Shown piece after piece: positions 11,901 through 24,000 of a stretch of DNA of 64,000 nt. Below the pieces are notes generated by a model, which did not search any database, had not been told where the DNA came from, and worked only from the letters and a program-made list of their open reading frames with translations. How positions within the stretch are numbered: the stretch's first letter is position 1; each line of letters opens with the position of its first letter. Position numbers and translations under genes: made by a program. The stretch is from Orbicella franksi (lineage: Eukaryota): positions 23,188,001 through 23,252,000 of the forward strand of contig OZ116711.1 of NCBI GenBank assembly GCA_964199315.1, written 5' to 3'.

Positions 11901-12636
11901 TTCATCGAACTTTTATAGGAGAATATGCGTCTACAACAACATGACGGTTTTCATGTGTTTTCATGTTCGTCGTCATCATCATCTTAGTCGTCATCATCAT
12001 CATCATTATTATTGTGTAGGTCGTACTACATTTGTTCTCTTTTGACAGGCAAAAGATATTTACATAGTAGCAGTGGGGATTGGTAAACGAATCAATGAAG
12101 AGAATCTGCGGTTGATCGCGGGAGTTTTTGACGATGAAGAAGATACAGACCGAGTGGTCCAGGTGGAGAACTTTGATAAACTACAAACGAAGATTGATGA
12201 AATCAAAGAATCCGCTTGTTCAGGTAAGTCTAAAACCTAAAACTTGTCAACAACATAAGTCGCCTATTTTCAGCTGCTAACTCGGACTGTTTAAATACAA
12301 TACATTACGGAACAACGAAATATTGGGAAAGAAACGACTTCACCTTTCAATTACAGTCTTCTCCTTCCTTAGCCATGATCTTTTATAATGTAAGCTATTA
12401 TTTTTTAATTTTTTTTTTATGTTGGGTTAGATGAAAGTTATATTTTATTTTCATAAAAGAAATGTGCCTTGCCTTGATGTAGGCCCAAAACAAAAGTAAC
12501 TTTAAAAAAGAGGTGCGCAATTCTAAATATCTTCATTTTGCGACGTAACGTTTCTTTGTTTTTCTCTTTCAAGAGTGACAAATATTCTTGTCTTAAAATC
12601 AAGCAAAGCAATTTTCTTTCTCTTTTTACAGATTGA
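8909..12636 (+). CDS. Secreted protein: signal peptide + 3 TSP1 repeats + vWA, coadhesin-like, paralog B
   Basis: Signal-peptide exon 8909-8951 (MLALIVSMILSLTL, G|gtaag, in-frame TGA upstream). TSP1 exons 9629-9793, 10368-10541, 10626-10802. vWA exons 11257-11687 (DKSSS MIDAS, LTDG) and 12049-12223. Terminal exon 12632-12636 (G|AT TGA), the same layout as paralog A. An extra micro-exon after the signal exon cannot be excluded. Confidence 0.87.
9138..9494. mobile_element. Diverged copy of the MITE at 251-613
   Basis: Collinear similarity (gccgaggacgac, aatacgaaaaattagcc, ggtgacgttctc, ttgcttaagctc end). Confidence 0.75.
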
Positions 12637-14168
12637 AGAAGCTTGGCATTTAAATGCTCAGAAAATTGGTCAAACTATTGCATGGAGCACAGACTTATGT
12701 ATACACATTGTACCTGACTTTGTAATAGGTTAAATTAAATGCATTTTCATGTATTGTAAATGCATGCTTGTGATTGTAGGGACACGATAAGATTTAAGTA
12801 AACTACATTGCAGATGTTTGTTCCAATTTCATCTGCCAGTGCGACTGCATATTGTTTTCATTTTATGTAGCAAAAGTCCAAAAGATAATTCGTAAAGTTT
12901 AGCCAAATAATTTACGGCTTTCATTTTGATATACAGTTGTTACTAGTCAGAATCCGTGTATTGCCTAGAGATCAATAAATTAGTCACTTTAACTTTCAGG
13001 CCGCGATCTCTTGGGTCAGCACCAAGAAATCGACCTCTGGGAGAAATCGGGATGTGAGCCGGCGCTATTAACAGCGGCTACACATGCGCACAACCAAAAA
13101 GGTTCTCTTGGTCCAGGTAGCACATTCGGTTTATAAACGGCGCCTCTCTCACATCTATTAAGAGCTCTTGTAACTCCCCTCCTTATAAACTGCGGAAAAT
13201 TAGTCAAGAAATTTTCCCCTTTCCCCTTCTCCTTTCCCTGCTCACCTCCCCTCAGCTCATCGTGCTCGTTTGTACCTAGGGTCTCCCTTACTTGGGGCGT
13301 AGTAACAATGTTTCCACAAATCTACGATGGCGCTTGGCAGTTCGTGTCTTGAATTTCCTTACCCTGGTCAAACAGAGGATATTTGACACAGCTTTTTTTC
13401 ATCAAAGGCAGACAAAATTTTCTGGCGCATTTTAAAGTTCAAATAGTTAATTTGATTTGTAACATGATCTATCTTTGATATCACGGTTACAAAATAACAG
13501 CCAACCATTGTCTTCAATTCAAAATCCATCGGAACGAAACGTGAAGTTCTCGCTAAATTTGCCGACAGTTGAGAGAGAACATAGTTAGTAGACTAACTAT
13601 GATGAAAGCAAGTGAGAGCCAGAGTTTACATTCTCCTGACAGTTTGCAAGGGTTTAACATGTCTTCAAATGTGCGGATCGTCTACTTATTTTAGTCTGGT
13701 TAGCAAATGAAACTCTAGCGAGGATATAAACGGGATTTCAATTCAAAAACACACTTGTTGTTTATAGTTTCTTTATTGTGCTCTTAACAAGGTTACACAC
13801 ACATCACACAGAGAATCAAAAAGAAATATTCTTGCAAACCGCCCCCCCCCCTCCGCCCACATCCCCCTCCCCCCCCCTCCACACTATAGTTCCCTACGAC
13901 GAACATTTGGAGCAAATATCTCAATTCATGCTGGGTCTACCGATAAGTAGTAGTAATGCTTTTTCCTTAATATGCTTTTTTTTTTTAAACGTGGCAGCAC
14001 ACTAACAAAACGGGCAATAGCGTCTGTGTCAAATCACTGTCTAATTCTACTTTATTTTGGCACAAAAAATTTAATCTACTTTTCTAATTGTCACAAGCAC
14101 CATTGTGTGACTGCTTTGGGAAATAGCAGCGCTTTAGCTTTTCTGTGTCGCGCAAGTCACAAAGTCAT

Positions 14169-17100
14169 CTAGTCTGGTTTCTTCAGAGATTCACGCGGAT
14201 ATGCGTTTAAGAAATCACGAATGTGCTTATTCACAGTCTGATAGTCGTCCACCTGAACCCAGTGACTTGCTCCCTCGATATATCTGTAAACAAATCACAA
14301 TGAATTAAATTAGGAAAGTTCTCATTTAAATCGCAGTGTTAGGAATTTGAAGGGAGAATATATCATCTGGTCAATTACTAGCCTCCGAGCAGGCTCACGT
14401 TTGGGGAGAAGTGGCGCCTAAATCCAGACTCCTCCCTACCGGATGACTTCACTAGTAGGAGGGACTCAAAGGTGAGCCTACTCACAAGATAGTCAAAGGT
14501 TCTTTGTTCTCATCAGCTGTCTGTTTATATAAAGAAACAAGCTATTTTCTAACGTCAGCTACAACAAGAAAAATGTTATGACTGAAAAGTGTCACTGTCC
14601 CCTGCACCTTCCATCATTTACCAATCTTGTTTAGTACTTCCCTATGAAACATGTATTGATACACAGCCTGGATTTTACTTTCCTTTTGTTTTGTTTGTTT
14701 GTTTATTTGTAGTAAAACGCCAAATGAACGTCTTACTTGATGGTCAAGTCCTCCACATACTGTTCTGTTCCTATCAAGGTTTCTTTCATAAGATAGATAT
14801 CTCCTGTTCCCTGTGCGAAAGAAGAACAATGGAGTCTAACTCTCTACCCCAGATGGATACCAAACTTTATAATCCATCAAATATTTTCGCTCGCACACGA
14901 TTGGTTTAAACACGACACGTGACTGAATATCCCCCAGTTAACACTAGGAAATATCTGAGTGATATTCCCCAATTTTCAAAACTGCGTGTGTTGCAAAAAA
15001 TATTTGAAGAATAATAAACACAATAGCCTTCATTTTGGCCCAAAAATATGAATCACGGATATTTGTCCTTGGACATTATCTGTTCCTCAAAGCTCACAGT
15101 TTTCTTTGCACTATGCTCTCAAAAAACTGTTTGCTTCCCTGAACAGATCAGGTCTGCAGACAGATACCAGAGCATGTCTTTGCGCTGAATGGAGGCTATT
15201 GTTTATGTAATTTAGAATGAATGATGGAAATGTGGCTTCTGAAACAAGGCAAAATCTGGCCCCTCCATTTTTTAGTTGTGGTTAACTGTTGTAAAATTAT
15301 CAAAATTTGGTGGAATATCTAGCATCATTCCTTCTTCAGTGATTGGGTGGAATTAGAGGCATGAGCAACTCATAGAAAAGCTATGCAGTAAGCTGAGATT
15401 GATTTGCAGATTTATCTTTTGCCTTAGGTTCTTTTCATGTTCAATCATCAATAAAATCAAATATGAATGTGTTATCATTTATCAGAGCAAAAATCAATCT
15501 TTCCTGCAGTTCAGTGGGAAGATCTGGACTAATGATTCACTTCTGGTGTGAACTGGGTACAAACTGAGATGGATAGGGATATATAGACATGCATGGGATG
15601 GGAAGTGGTTAGTGGTCCCAGACACAATACCCCTGTCCTCTGAACTTGCTGTGGACTGGTGTTACTTACCCAAACCACAAGGGTCGGGGCCTTGATCTTT
15701 GTGCGGGTGTGACCTCGAGGCAAATCAGATGACAGTGCTTCCCTGTAATAGTTTATGGGACCGCTACATCCAGACTGACTCAAAGCATACTTGTACGCCT
15801 CCACATCTTCTTCAGTAAAGTTATTTGTTTCCTGAATAACAAAGTTAAAGACATTTCTAATAAAGTAAAACCATAAACTTGACACTTCTGAGCAGAATTT
15901 TGAGCTTGCGAAACAGAGGTTAAATGGCATATTGCAGGTTAGTTCCATCAGAGACATGACTGAGTGAAAGTTGTCCAAAAGTAGAGGTTCAAGTGCTCAA
16001 AAGACAACAACAGGAAAAAAAATCTTGACCTGGTCCTAAAAGAATTAATTTAGTTAATGCTAACAATATTTGCAATGTAAAGCCAAGTGACTGCAGTTAA
16101 CTAATCTCAGTGGGTCAGCATTACTCCCTTAATCAGCCCATTCTTACTTTTATTAGTCCATAGAAGTTATCATTTCATTTCGTCACCACCTTGTGGTAAT
16201 GTTGTTACAAAGATATTCGCCAAGACAATCCTACCCCAAAACCTTTACTTAGTGTTTTGTAGTCACCCATCTCTATAATGAACTCTGGCAGGCAAGGCAA
16301 TTGAAAGAAAAACATGTACTGCAAAAGAGAGAAAGAAGAAATGGATTAGGCAGTACACAAAAACTGACATTTATGTTAGCACAAAACAAACAAACAAACA
16401 CCTGAGCGCTTAAATTTACTGCTGCGCAATCAAATTAATTTTTGTAAATCATATAAACTCTACAACAGTCCAATGCATTGGTCCAAAATATCAAGGTGCT
16501 ATTCACAGCAAAGTTTTAACATGTGTAATGCTATGCATTTCTTTCACACAGCTCTTTCTACTGGTTCTGCCTGAGGGTGGTCATGTCGCTATGAAAGCTT
16601 CCACAAACTGTTCAGAGTTCACCTTAGTTGGTTAGTAGCACTTGTTGTTAAATTAATGTTAAATTTTTTCCGTCCATTCCTGGGACATATCATGTAGTTT
16701 CTAATAAACTTGGATCACTCCTTTTTCATTCAATTAGGTCTAGGCAGCAACTACTCTACGTTTGTTGGTTTTGTTGCCATTGAATATTACTTGCTAACTG
16801 ATTCTAGCACATGTTTACTTCCCTCAACACATGTGCTACAGAGATGTAACATCTTTTGTGGTCACACAATAATAGGACGTCACACTGCCTAACCTAATGT
16901 AAAGCAGTGTTCCCTGATAATGCCAACTGGAACAGCTTGTTAATTAAACAAACACACAGGAGTTGATCATGAAATGGTCTGTTAAGAAACAGGGACATTA
17001 CCAATAATAAAAACCTGTCTTATTATTCATAATTACCCAGGAAGCAAGGAACTGCTTTTTAGAGGACAGCAAACACTTTCCAAAGCACCTGATGTAACAT

Positions 17101-19718
17101 AAAATCATTATTGTATTACGTCTATTGTAAATGAACATTTGTACGTAAATGTACAATACAAGGACAGTAATAAAATATGGTAAGCCAGACAGAGAGATCT
17201 CGTGCAGTAGCTTCTTGTTTTAGCATACATATATATTTGTGTAAATTTTAGGCCTTTCTCAGACTTACCAGTACAGAATGAGCATGGCTAGCGAGAATTA
17301 CATAACAGGTTTTAATAATTCCATAGTCAAAAATTGGGTATAATTTGTGCCAAGGAAACTGAATGAATTAACAAGCCCCTCAAATGTAAAATAAATGATC
17401 TTAAAAGGTCCATAGTGCTTACATCCATATTCCTTACAGTACTGAAAAAGTTCAACAATATGCAAGGCATCTCAGTTGAACAGTTTAACCCCACACCACT
17501 GAATACTTGAATTTCCTTGACTAAATTATTTTTAAAGTGAAACTGAGAGTGACTTTAATAGGGTACATCTATGTGTTAGTTATGGGTCTTCAATTTAAGC
17601 ATGTATGAGAGGTGCTCCCAAGGAACGTTTATGATAAAAAACAGTAAGTAAAGAAATGTTTTATGCTGAAAGTAACACTACAAAGTGCAATTACTTTGGG
17701 TGTGGAATGTTGCATACAATCAGCTTGTCCACTAGCTCTGGATATATGTGGGTAACACTCCTGAAATTAACAAGCAGATTTTAATTAAATAATAATACAC
17801 ATGAAAAAATTACTTGATTCTGATTGGCTAAGAGCAGTGCAGTTCAAGTGTAACACCAGTGCAAAAAGTGTAACATCGGTGCAAAAAGTGTAACACCAGT
17901 GCAAATTACACATCAAAATTCTGGATTATGATTGACTGAAAGATAATAGGAATTTTTCTAAGAATATGATATCAGGTAAAATGATGACGAAAATTTTGTG
18001 TTGAAACTTTGAAAAAAGTTTTCTCAAATAAGAAAAAATGGCTCCAAGAAAGATCTTCCGGCACTTCCTCTGCGCGAATTTTTCCATGTTTATATTATTA
18101 ATAAGTAATCATACGGTTTTTCTCGTTCAATTTGGAGTTAATTTGCTCTTGTGAGTTTTTAAAAAAGCTGAAATTACACTCGCCGAAGCGGCTCGTGCAA
18201 TTTCAGCTTTTTGAAAAACTCACTTGTGCAAATTAATTCCAAATTGAACTCGAAACCGTATGATTACCTATACTAATAGCATGATGAAAGATATGTTACT
18301 GTCTAGAACTGCTTTTCCTTTCATTAATATTTATGGATATTTAAATTAAGATCCAAACTTTTGTCAACAATGATTCAGAAAACGTCACAGTACTACAAAG
18401 AGGACTATTTCTATTCACTAAATCCCTTACCATGCAATACCGCCTCCCCAATCATGGGCCAGCAACACACAGGACTTGTATCCCAGAGCTGCTACCTGCA
18501 TCACATACAGTACACAGATTAGATGATCAAGACCTGGCTACCTACTCCATGTCACTAGTTTCCATTTCAAAATGTGTCATTAACACTGTGACAGTCAAGT
18601 CATGACACTTGGAGTACAAATTCCAACGTACCATTTCTTTGACGTCATTTACCAAGTATGACATCTTGTACTGGTCTCGTCCCTCAGGATGATCACTTTC
18701 TCCATATCCCCTATAAAAGAGCCACAAACTCTTAATTACATTCCCAAAGGGTGATTATTTGATGCTCAAAGTACTCTGTTTTTAAAACAACATATTTCTA
18801 GTAAGGTGACCATATTATTTTCAAAGTTATTTGCCAAAGGTCTTAACGATAAAAGTCATCCATACTCAGTAAAAGGTTGCACTTTTTTCTGCCATCAATC
18901 ATTTAAGAAACCTCCAAAGCAAAAGATACACATTTTTATGGGTGCAATAATATTGTGTAAAGTGGCATTCCAAACCACATCCTTTCTCCTTTTGACCCTC
19001 CTCTATTACCCCAACACACCCCATGCAACCCCACGTCAGCAAATCCATTTTGAAAACCTTTCCTTGAAGGGAGGTATATATGTTATGTATTTGTCGAAAT
19101 TTTACAAGTAATACAGAAAACATTATTACCTCATATCCACAGCCACCACCCTGTAGTTATCACTGAAAGCCTTCAACTGATATCGCCAGGAATACCAAAA
19201 CTACAAAATAATACAGAATAATATGATACTCAAGAAACAATCCAACTTACACACCTCTAATAAGCAGACTAATATCCGAGTGCATACTATTAATGTAAGA
19301 CACATTGATAAATGACAAAAACACACCTCAGGGAATCCATGTAGGCACAACATCAGTGGCTTGCTTGGATCGCCTTTAGCCACATAATGGATTCGTAAAT
19401 TAGAAGCTGTTCTTAGGAAGTTGTGTTCTCCAAGCTCAGGGTCGAGAAGGCATGCAGGAGCTGTAGAGTGTAACCCAATAATCAACATTTTAGGCTTATT
19501 AAGTCAGACACACACTGTCAAAAATATGTGAAATTTTCAGAACCTCAACTGATTTTCTTGAAATTAAGAGCTCTTAAAATGTGCTTACGGGTTTCTCTTT
19601 TCTTAGGCCCCGGCGGAATCCTAAAGTTTCGAATGGTGTGCCATAATAGTCGTAAACAGACTAGTAGACCATAAAATAAAGCAAGACTGTATACAAACAA
19701 ACTCTGTAGCAGTTGCAT
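14169..19718 (-). CDS. EPHX4: Epoxide hydrolase 3/4-like (EPHX4/ABHD7 type) alpha/beta hydrolase, 343 aa
   Basis: 11 in-phase exons: 19589-19718, 19327-19460, 19130-19200, 18632-18710, 18431-18495, 17695-17760, 17037-17088, 16235-16318, 15670-15831, 14737-14810, 14169-14283. Shows an N-terminal hydrophobic helix, PPACLLDP, HGFPEFWYSWRYQL, DMRGYGESD, nucleophile HDWGG, both lid Tyr (SWYMFFFQLP, INYYR), GTGD and catalytic ASHWVQ. EPHX3 versus EPHX4 orthology is not resolvable by eye. Confidence 0.9.
17791..18276. mobile_element. Interspersed non-autonomous repeat in an EPHX intron
   Basis: Contains 3 tandem units of about 19 nt (aagtgtaacaccagtgcaa). Family assignment is from general resemblance only and the boundaries are approximate. 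Confidence 0.45.
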
Positions 19719-19967
19719 CCCCGTACTAATATCGAATAAGCCTCAAACAACAGCTCCGTAGTACAAAGGTGGCCTCTTCCAAATGCAGAGAGTTCAAAGG
19801 ACGGCCCAAAATTTAATACGTTTGCAAGGTTGCAAGGAAGCCTGGGATCTTAAAATTTCGAATTTGGATCGGACTAACGCGTACGGCAGGAACACAGTGT
19901 AGGAAGTTCCACTGACAGGCTCTCAAATTTCGCAAAAACCTTACCATACACTTCCCAGACCTAGGAA

Positions 19968-20148
19968 TAGGCTGTTCACAGCCTCCCTATTTACACACGC
20001 GAAAGAAAAAGCGAGTGCGAAGCATGCGGTCAAGCACCCAGTCAAGTCTTCCGTTTTGCGCTGGCGTCCGGTCCTCTCGCGATTATATCCACGCGTTCAA
20101 CGATCGAATTTAAAAAATACGAGAAAATAGGGGGCTGTGAACAGCCTA
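19968..20148. mobile_element. MITE with about 25-bp TIRs and exact 9-bp target-site duplication
   Basis: taggctgttcacagcctccctattt ... aaatagggggctgtgaacagccta, flanked by acctaggaa at 19959-19967 and 20149-20157. Confidence 0.88.
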
Positions 20149-20350
20149 ACCTAGGAAGTATACATTTGACTTGGGAGAAATAAATTCTACTGGTCGCCGA
20201 CAATGAGATCATGACGACAAGGCTACTGCGAGTTCACTACAGATTGTTTCTAGGTTTTATTAACACTGCTGCTCTGAAGCGGACCAGTTTACAACACAAC
20301 TGTACTAGCAATTGGCATTCTACTCACCTGTAAAGCTCTCTAGTATGGTA

Positions 20351-20437
20351 TTAGTTCAGTTCTGGCTCTCTCTCCCCCAACGTTGCGTGACACACACACA
20401 CACACACACCCAGAGAGAGAGAGCCAGAACTGGACTA
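20351..20437. mobile_element. 87-bp hAT-like mini-MITE with 8-bp TSD and internal (CA)n
   Basis: tagttcagttctggctctctctc ... gagagagagccagaactggacta (1 mismatch), flanked by gtatggta at 20343-20350 and 20438-20445. Confidence 0.8.
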
Positions 20438-21085
20438 GTATGGTAGCGTGTCCCACTCGGCTCGCTGATTTTTTATTTATTTATTATTTTTCTTTGGCTC
20501 TGGACTCAACTTGAGAGCCTCTTCACAGGCTGGTAAGCTACATTCCCCACGCGTTGTAAGTTGCCCTTGCTCATCCTCACTGTAACTACAAAAAGAAAGG
20601 GTGGGAAGAGGGTATCTCTGCCGAGCAGGATGGCCACATACTTTAGCAAGAGATTCTCTCATTCATGATGCCAGGTCCTCAAACTCTTTATAGAAAGAAA
20701 AAAAAAAAAAAAGAAAGAAAAAACTAAGTTCCTGCAACAGTGTTTCTACGGCGCGCAAAGTTAACCTTCACTGAATTCCTAGTGGAAATTTCAATTAAAT
20801 TGTTTTGTAATCCGTTGCTGTAAAATCTTAGGCACTTATGTTCGTGAGAAAAGGCATTTATGGGTTAAGCAATACAAGAAACAAACTGGAACATTTCCTA
20901 TATAGTTTTGCAACATCGCGCGTTTAGCAAATTAATAGTTTGCGAAACATTCCTTTGATCTAAAAGAAATCAGTTTGAATCGTGCAAAAATGACCCCATA
21001 TTGTGTAACGTACTCTTTTAATGACGCCATAAAGCACCTTTATATTTCAATGTTTAGCATTGTTTATTGCCAGTCTCAGTAATAA

Positions 21086-24000
21086 TCAGCTGAGCTGTTT
21101 GAGTGACAGGTACAGTTTTCCTTTGATCGTTTTTTGTTCTGGTTGCAGCTTTCTCACAATAGCCGCAATCTTTTTTACAGTCTCGTCATTAGATAGTCCT
21201 GTTCTTTTACTCTTGAACTTCTGCAGCAGGTCCTTACTCGTCATGGGCTTCCTTGTTAGGTATCTCTTAACGGCTTCCTCGGTGATCCCCTGAGGGCCTT
21301 CCTCGCTACCGGTCGGCGTTGGAGTGCTTGTTCTTGAACCACCTCCTGTCCCCCCCGAAGAAGGTGCGGGGGATACACGGGGCTTTTTAGACGCGGGACT
21401 TCCATCTTCCGCTGTGTTTCCTTTTTTGGCTGAGCTTGCTGGGCGCTTCTTGGTTTTAGCTGATAAAAACAAATAACTGTTCTTTTAAAAAAAGAGATTG
21501 CCATGTGGAATAAAGGGTAAAATGTACTCACAGGTTGTCGCCGTTGGTTTAAGTAGTAAAGTGAAACCGGCATGCGAGTTTTTGTTGCTAGGCAAGGGTG
21601 GCTGGGGAGAGGGTTGGATGTGGGGGGTGTAGAGATGTGGTAAGTAGTTGGTTGCTCCACCCCCTCAATTAACTATGGTTGGTCCTAAACAAGACAGGAA
21701 TCGATAGACGTGCAGGACGTGAAACATGGTGTAGAATTACTTACAGGGTGTTCCTGGTCGATCTTGACCGAGCTTTTTTGCAGCAGCGGCAATAGTGTTA
21801 GCTGCACCGTCCACAGCAGCTGTAGGGGTTGATGATCGGCTGTTGGATGACGTACTTGATCCACTAGCTGACTTCCTCTTCCTTTTCTTATCACCTTTAA
21901 AATAATATTAAACGTTAAGGTAAGTATTTTCTCTGTAGTATTTCTTATCACATTTTCAGAAGAAATTAGATGGTGAAAATGACTTGAACTTGTTATGAAG
22001 CAGACAAAAGAGAAGCAGCCTTGTGAGAAACCACAGACAACTGTTCCACCTCTCATCAAAATGTTTTAACTCTCGTTCAAAGAATGTGTGTAATGCCAGG
22101 CAAATTGTGCTGCAACTAACGCATCGATTTATAAGGGGGCATTTCTAGGATAAAACATGGAGTGTCAACAATCTTGAATAGCTTAATTAAAATGGAGTAG
22201 AGAGAAGGACAAAAAACCTCAAGAAACAACATGCCAATTAATTTATACTTGTACGTTTGGCAAGTGATTTTTGAAACGTTTTCACACAAAAAACATCACA
22301 CGTTGTCAACTTTGTTTTCATGGAGGAGATGAACCACTTTGCTAAGTTGTATTAACTACATGTAACAATAGTACCCAGGCTCTTTCAAACCTTGTAAAAA
22401 GAGAGCTGAAGTGCCCTTAATATCATCTTGATCAGGATCTTCCTCCTCCTCGTCCCAGGACTCTCTCCCTTCCTCTCTGTCAAGCATATCTTTTAGTTCC
22501 TGTCCTTCACGTGTCAAATCATCTTCCTCTTCACTTGACGTCTCCTCGGCATTTAGATCGTCTTCAGCTTTGGGTTTACTCACTTCAACAGTCTTGACAG
22601 CCTCTGTATCAAAACGAACAAGTTTGAGAGTTTTGTAGTACATTAAGATTGCTTCACAACAGCTTGTGATTTCCAGCTTATGAGTGTCTTTATTTGCTGG
22701 ATCTGACTCCTTGAAAATGCAATAATGCTGCAAGGAGAAAGTGGATGTTTAATTCCGAGTTCTTGAGCTACAAAAATTTATCAGCAATCTGAGACAGTTC
22801 CATAACCTGGCTTTGCACAAAAGTTACATGGACTATGTGTTCGAGTCACCTTGACTTCACAGTTTACGTTGAGGGTTGCATTGGCTAACAATTTCATATT
22901 TTGTCTAACGAGACTACAATCTACTGACCCTCAGAAGATGAGGAAGTGTCTGACAGATAATCCATTTCCTTAGAATCCAGGTAGCCATCTTCCTCAGATG
23001 ATGCATCGCTGTCATCTGAACCCTTCTTTTGTTGTCGTTTTTGACCAACTTTATGCTTGTCTTTCTTGCCTCGTTTAGCTGCTTGAAGCAAAACAGACAG
23101 GCTCACCATAAAAATATTAACAATAAAATTCAAATGAACTGACACACTGCCCACTATTAGTAGTATGTCTGCTGCTGCTGTCCTGTGCACCATACTAACT
23201 TCTAATTACACACGTTGATCCCTCCTAACAGGACTAGAGGAAGTCCTACCTTCCTTGTTTTTGTCACGTCCTTGCCCTTCTTCATCTTCCTCATCATTTT
23301 CATCCTCTGACAGAGAATGATCCCTTTCATCATCATGTATGATCTGCAGAAAACAATAAAATCTCTGAGACTCGGTAGTAACCAATCCTAATGCAAATTC
23401 CTAGCGACACATTGTCAAATTGCTAAGCTGATTTCTCTCACAGTCAGAGGCTTGTGTCCATTCATTTGGTTAAAAATGATAATCAGAGAAGAGGGATTAG
23501 GGATCTGAGCATTAGGACTGTAACATTCAATCAAAATTTCAATTTCTTGCAATTACGACCATCCAGTTTGATTCACAAAGTTTTGACAGCAGATGTCAAT
23601 TTTCATTTGATTCAAAAATTGCCAATGCCAGACCAGGTTTTCACAACGTAATGTAAAAGATTCCTTGTTCCCAAACTTACAGTGATTGATAAATAAATTG
23701 AGTTCCCTTTTGCCTTTTGATCGCCGAATAGAAAGTTAGTGAAGGTACTCCATTTTCACTTTTTAGTGTTGATGCCTGGTGACAATTAACTTGCCTACTT
23801 CCTCTACCTCAAGATATCCAAATAACCTGTAGTCAGGAAAATCACCTACCCAACATCACATTTGTGATTGTGCAGTTCCAAAAAATAGCCATACTCCCCC
23901 CACAGAAGGGATGGAATTTCCTGGGTGCTGGGGGATTCTGGAAGACCAAAACATTTAAAGAAATGTATGAAGCTTGACTGGAATTTCCAGAAGGGTGGGG

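Noticed and set aside
13336-13370. MALGS start resembling the leader ORF at 8514
   Set aside because: A five-codon match with no further similarity or downstream exon.
19945-19947. ATG|gtaag exon as the true EPHX start
   Set aside because: No phase-0 acceptor joins it to the reading frame, and an in-frame TGA lies 27 nt upstream of ATG 19718. At most it is a leader exon with an upstream ATG.
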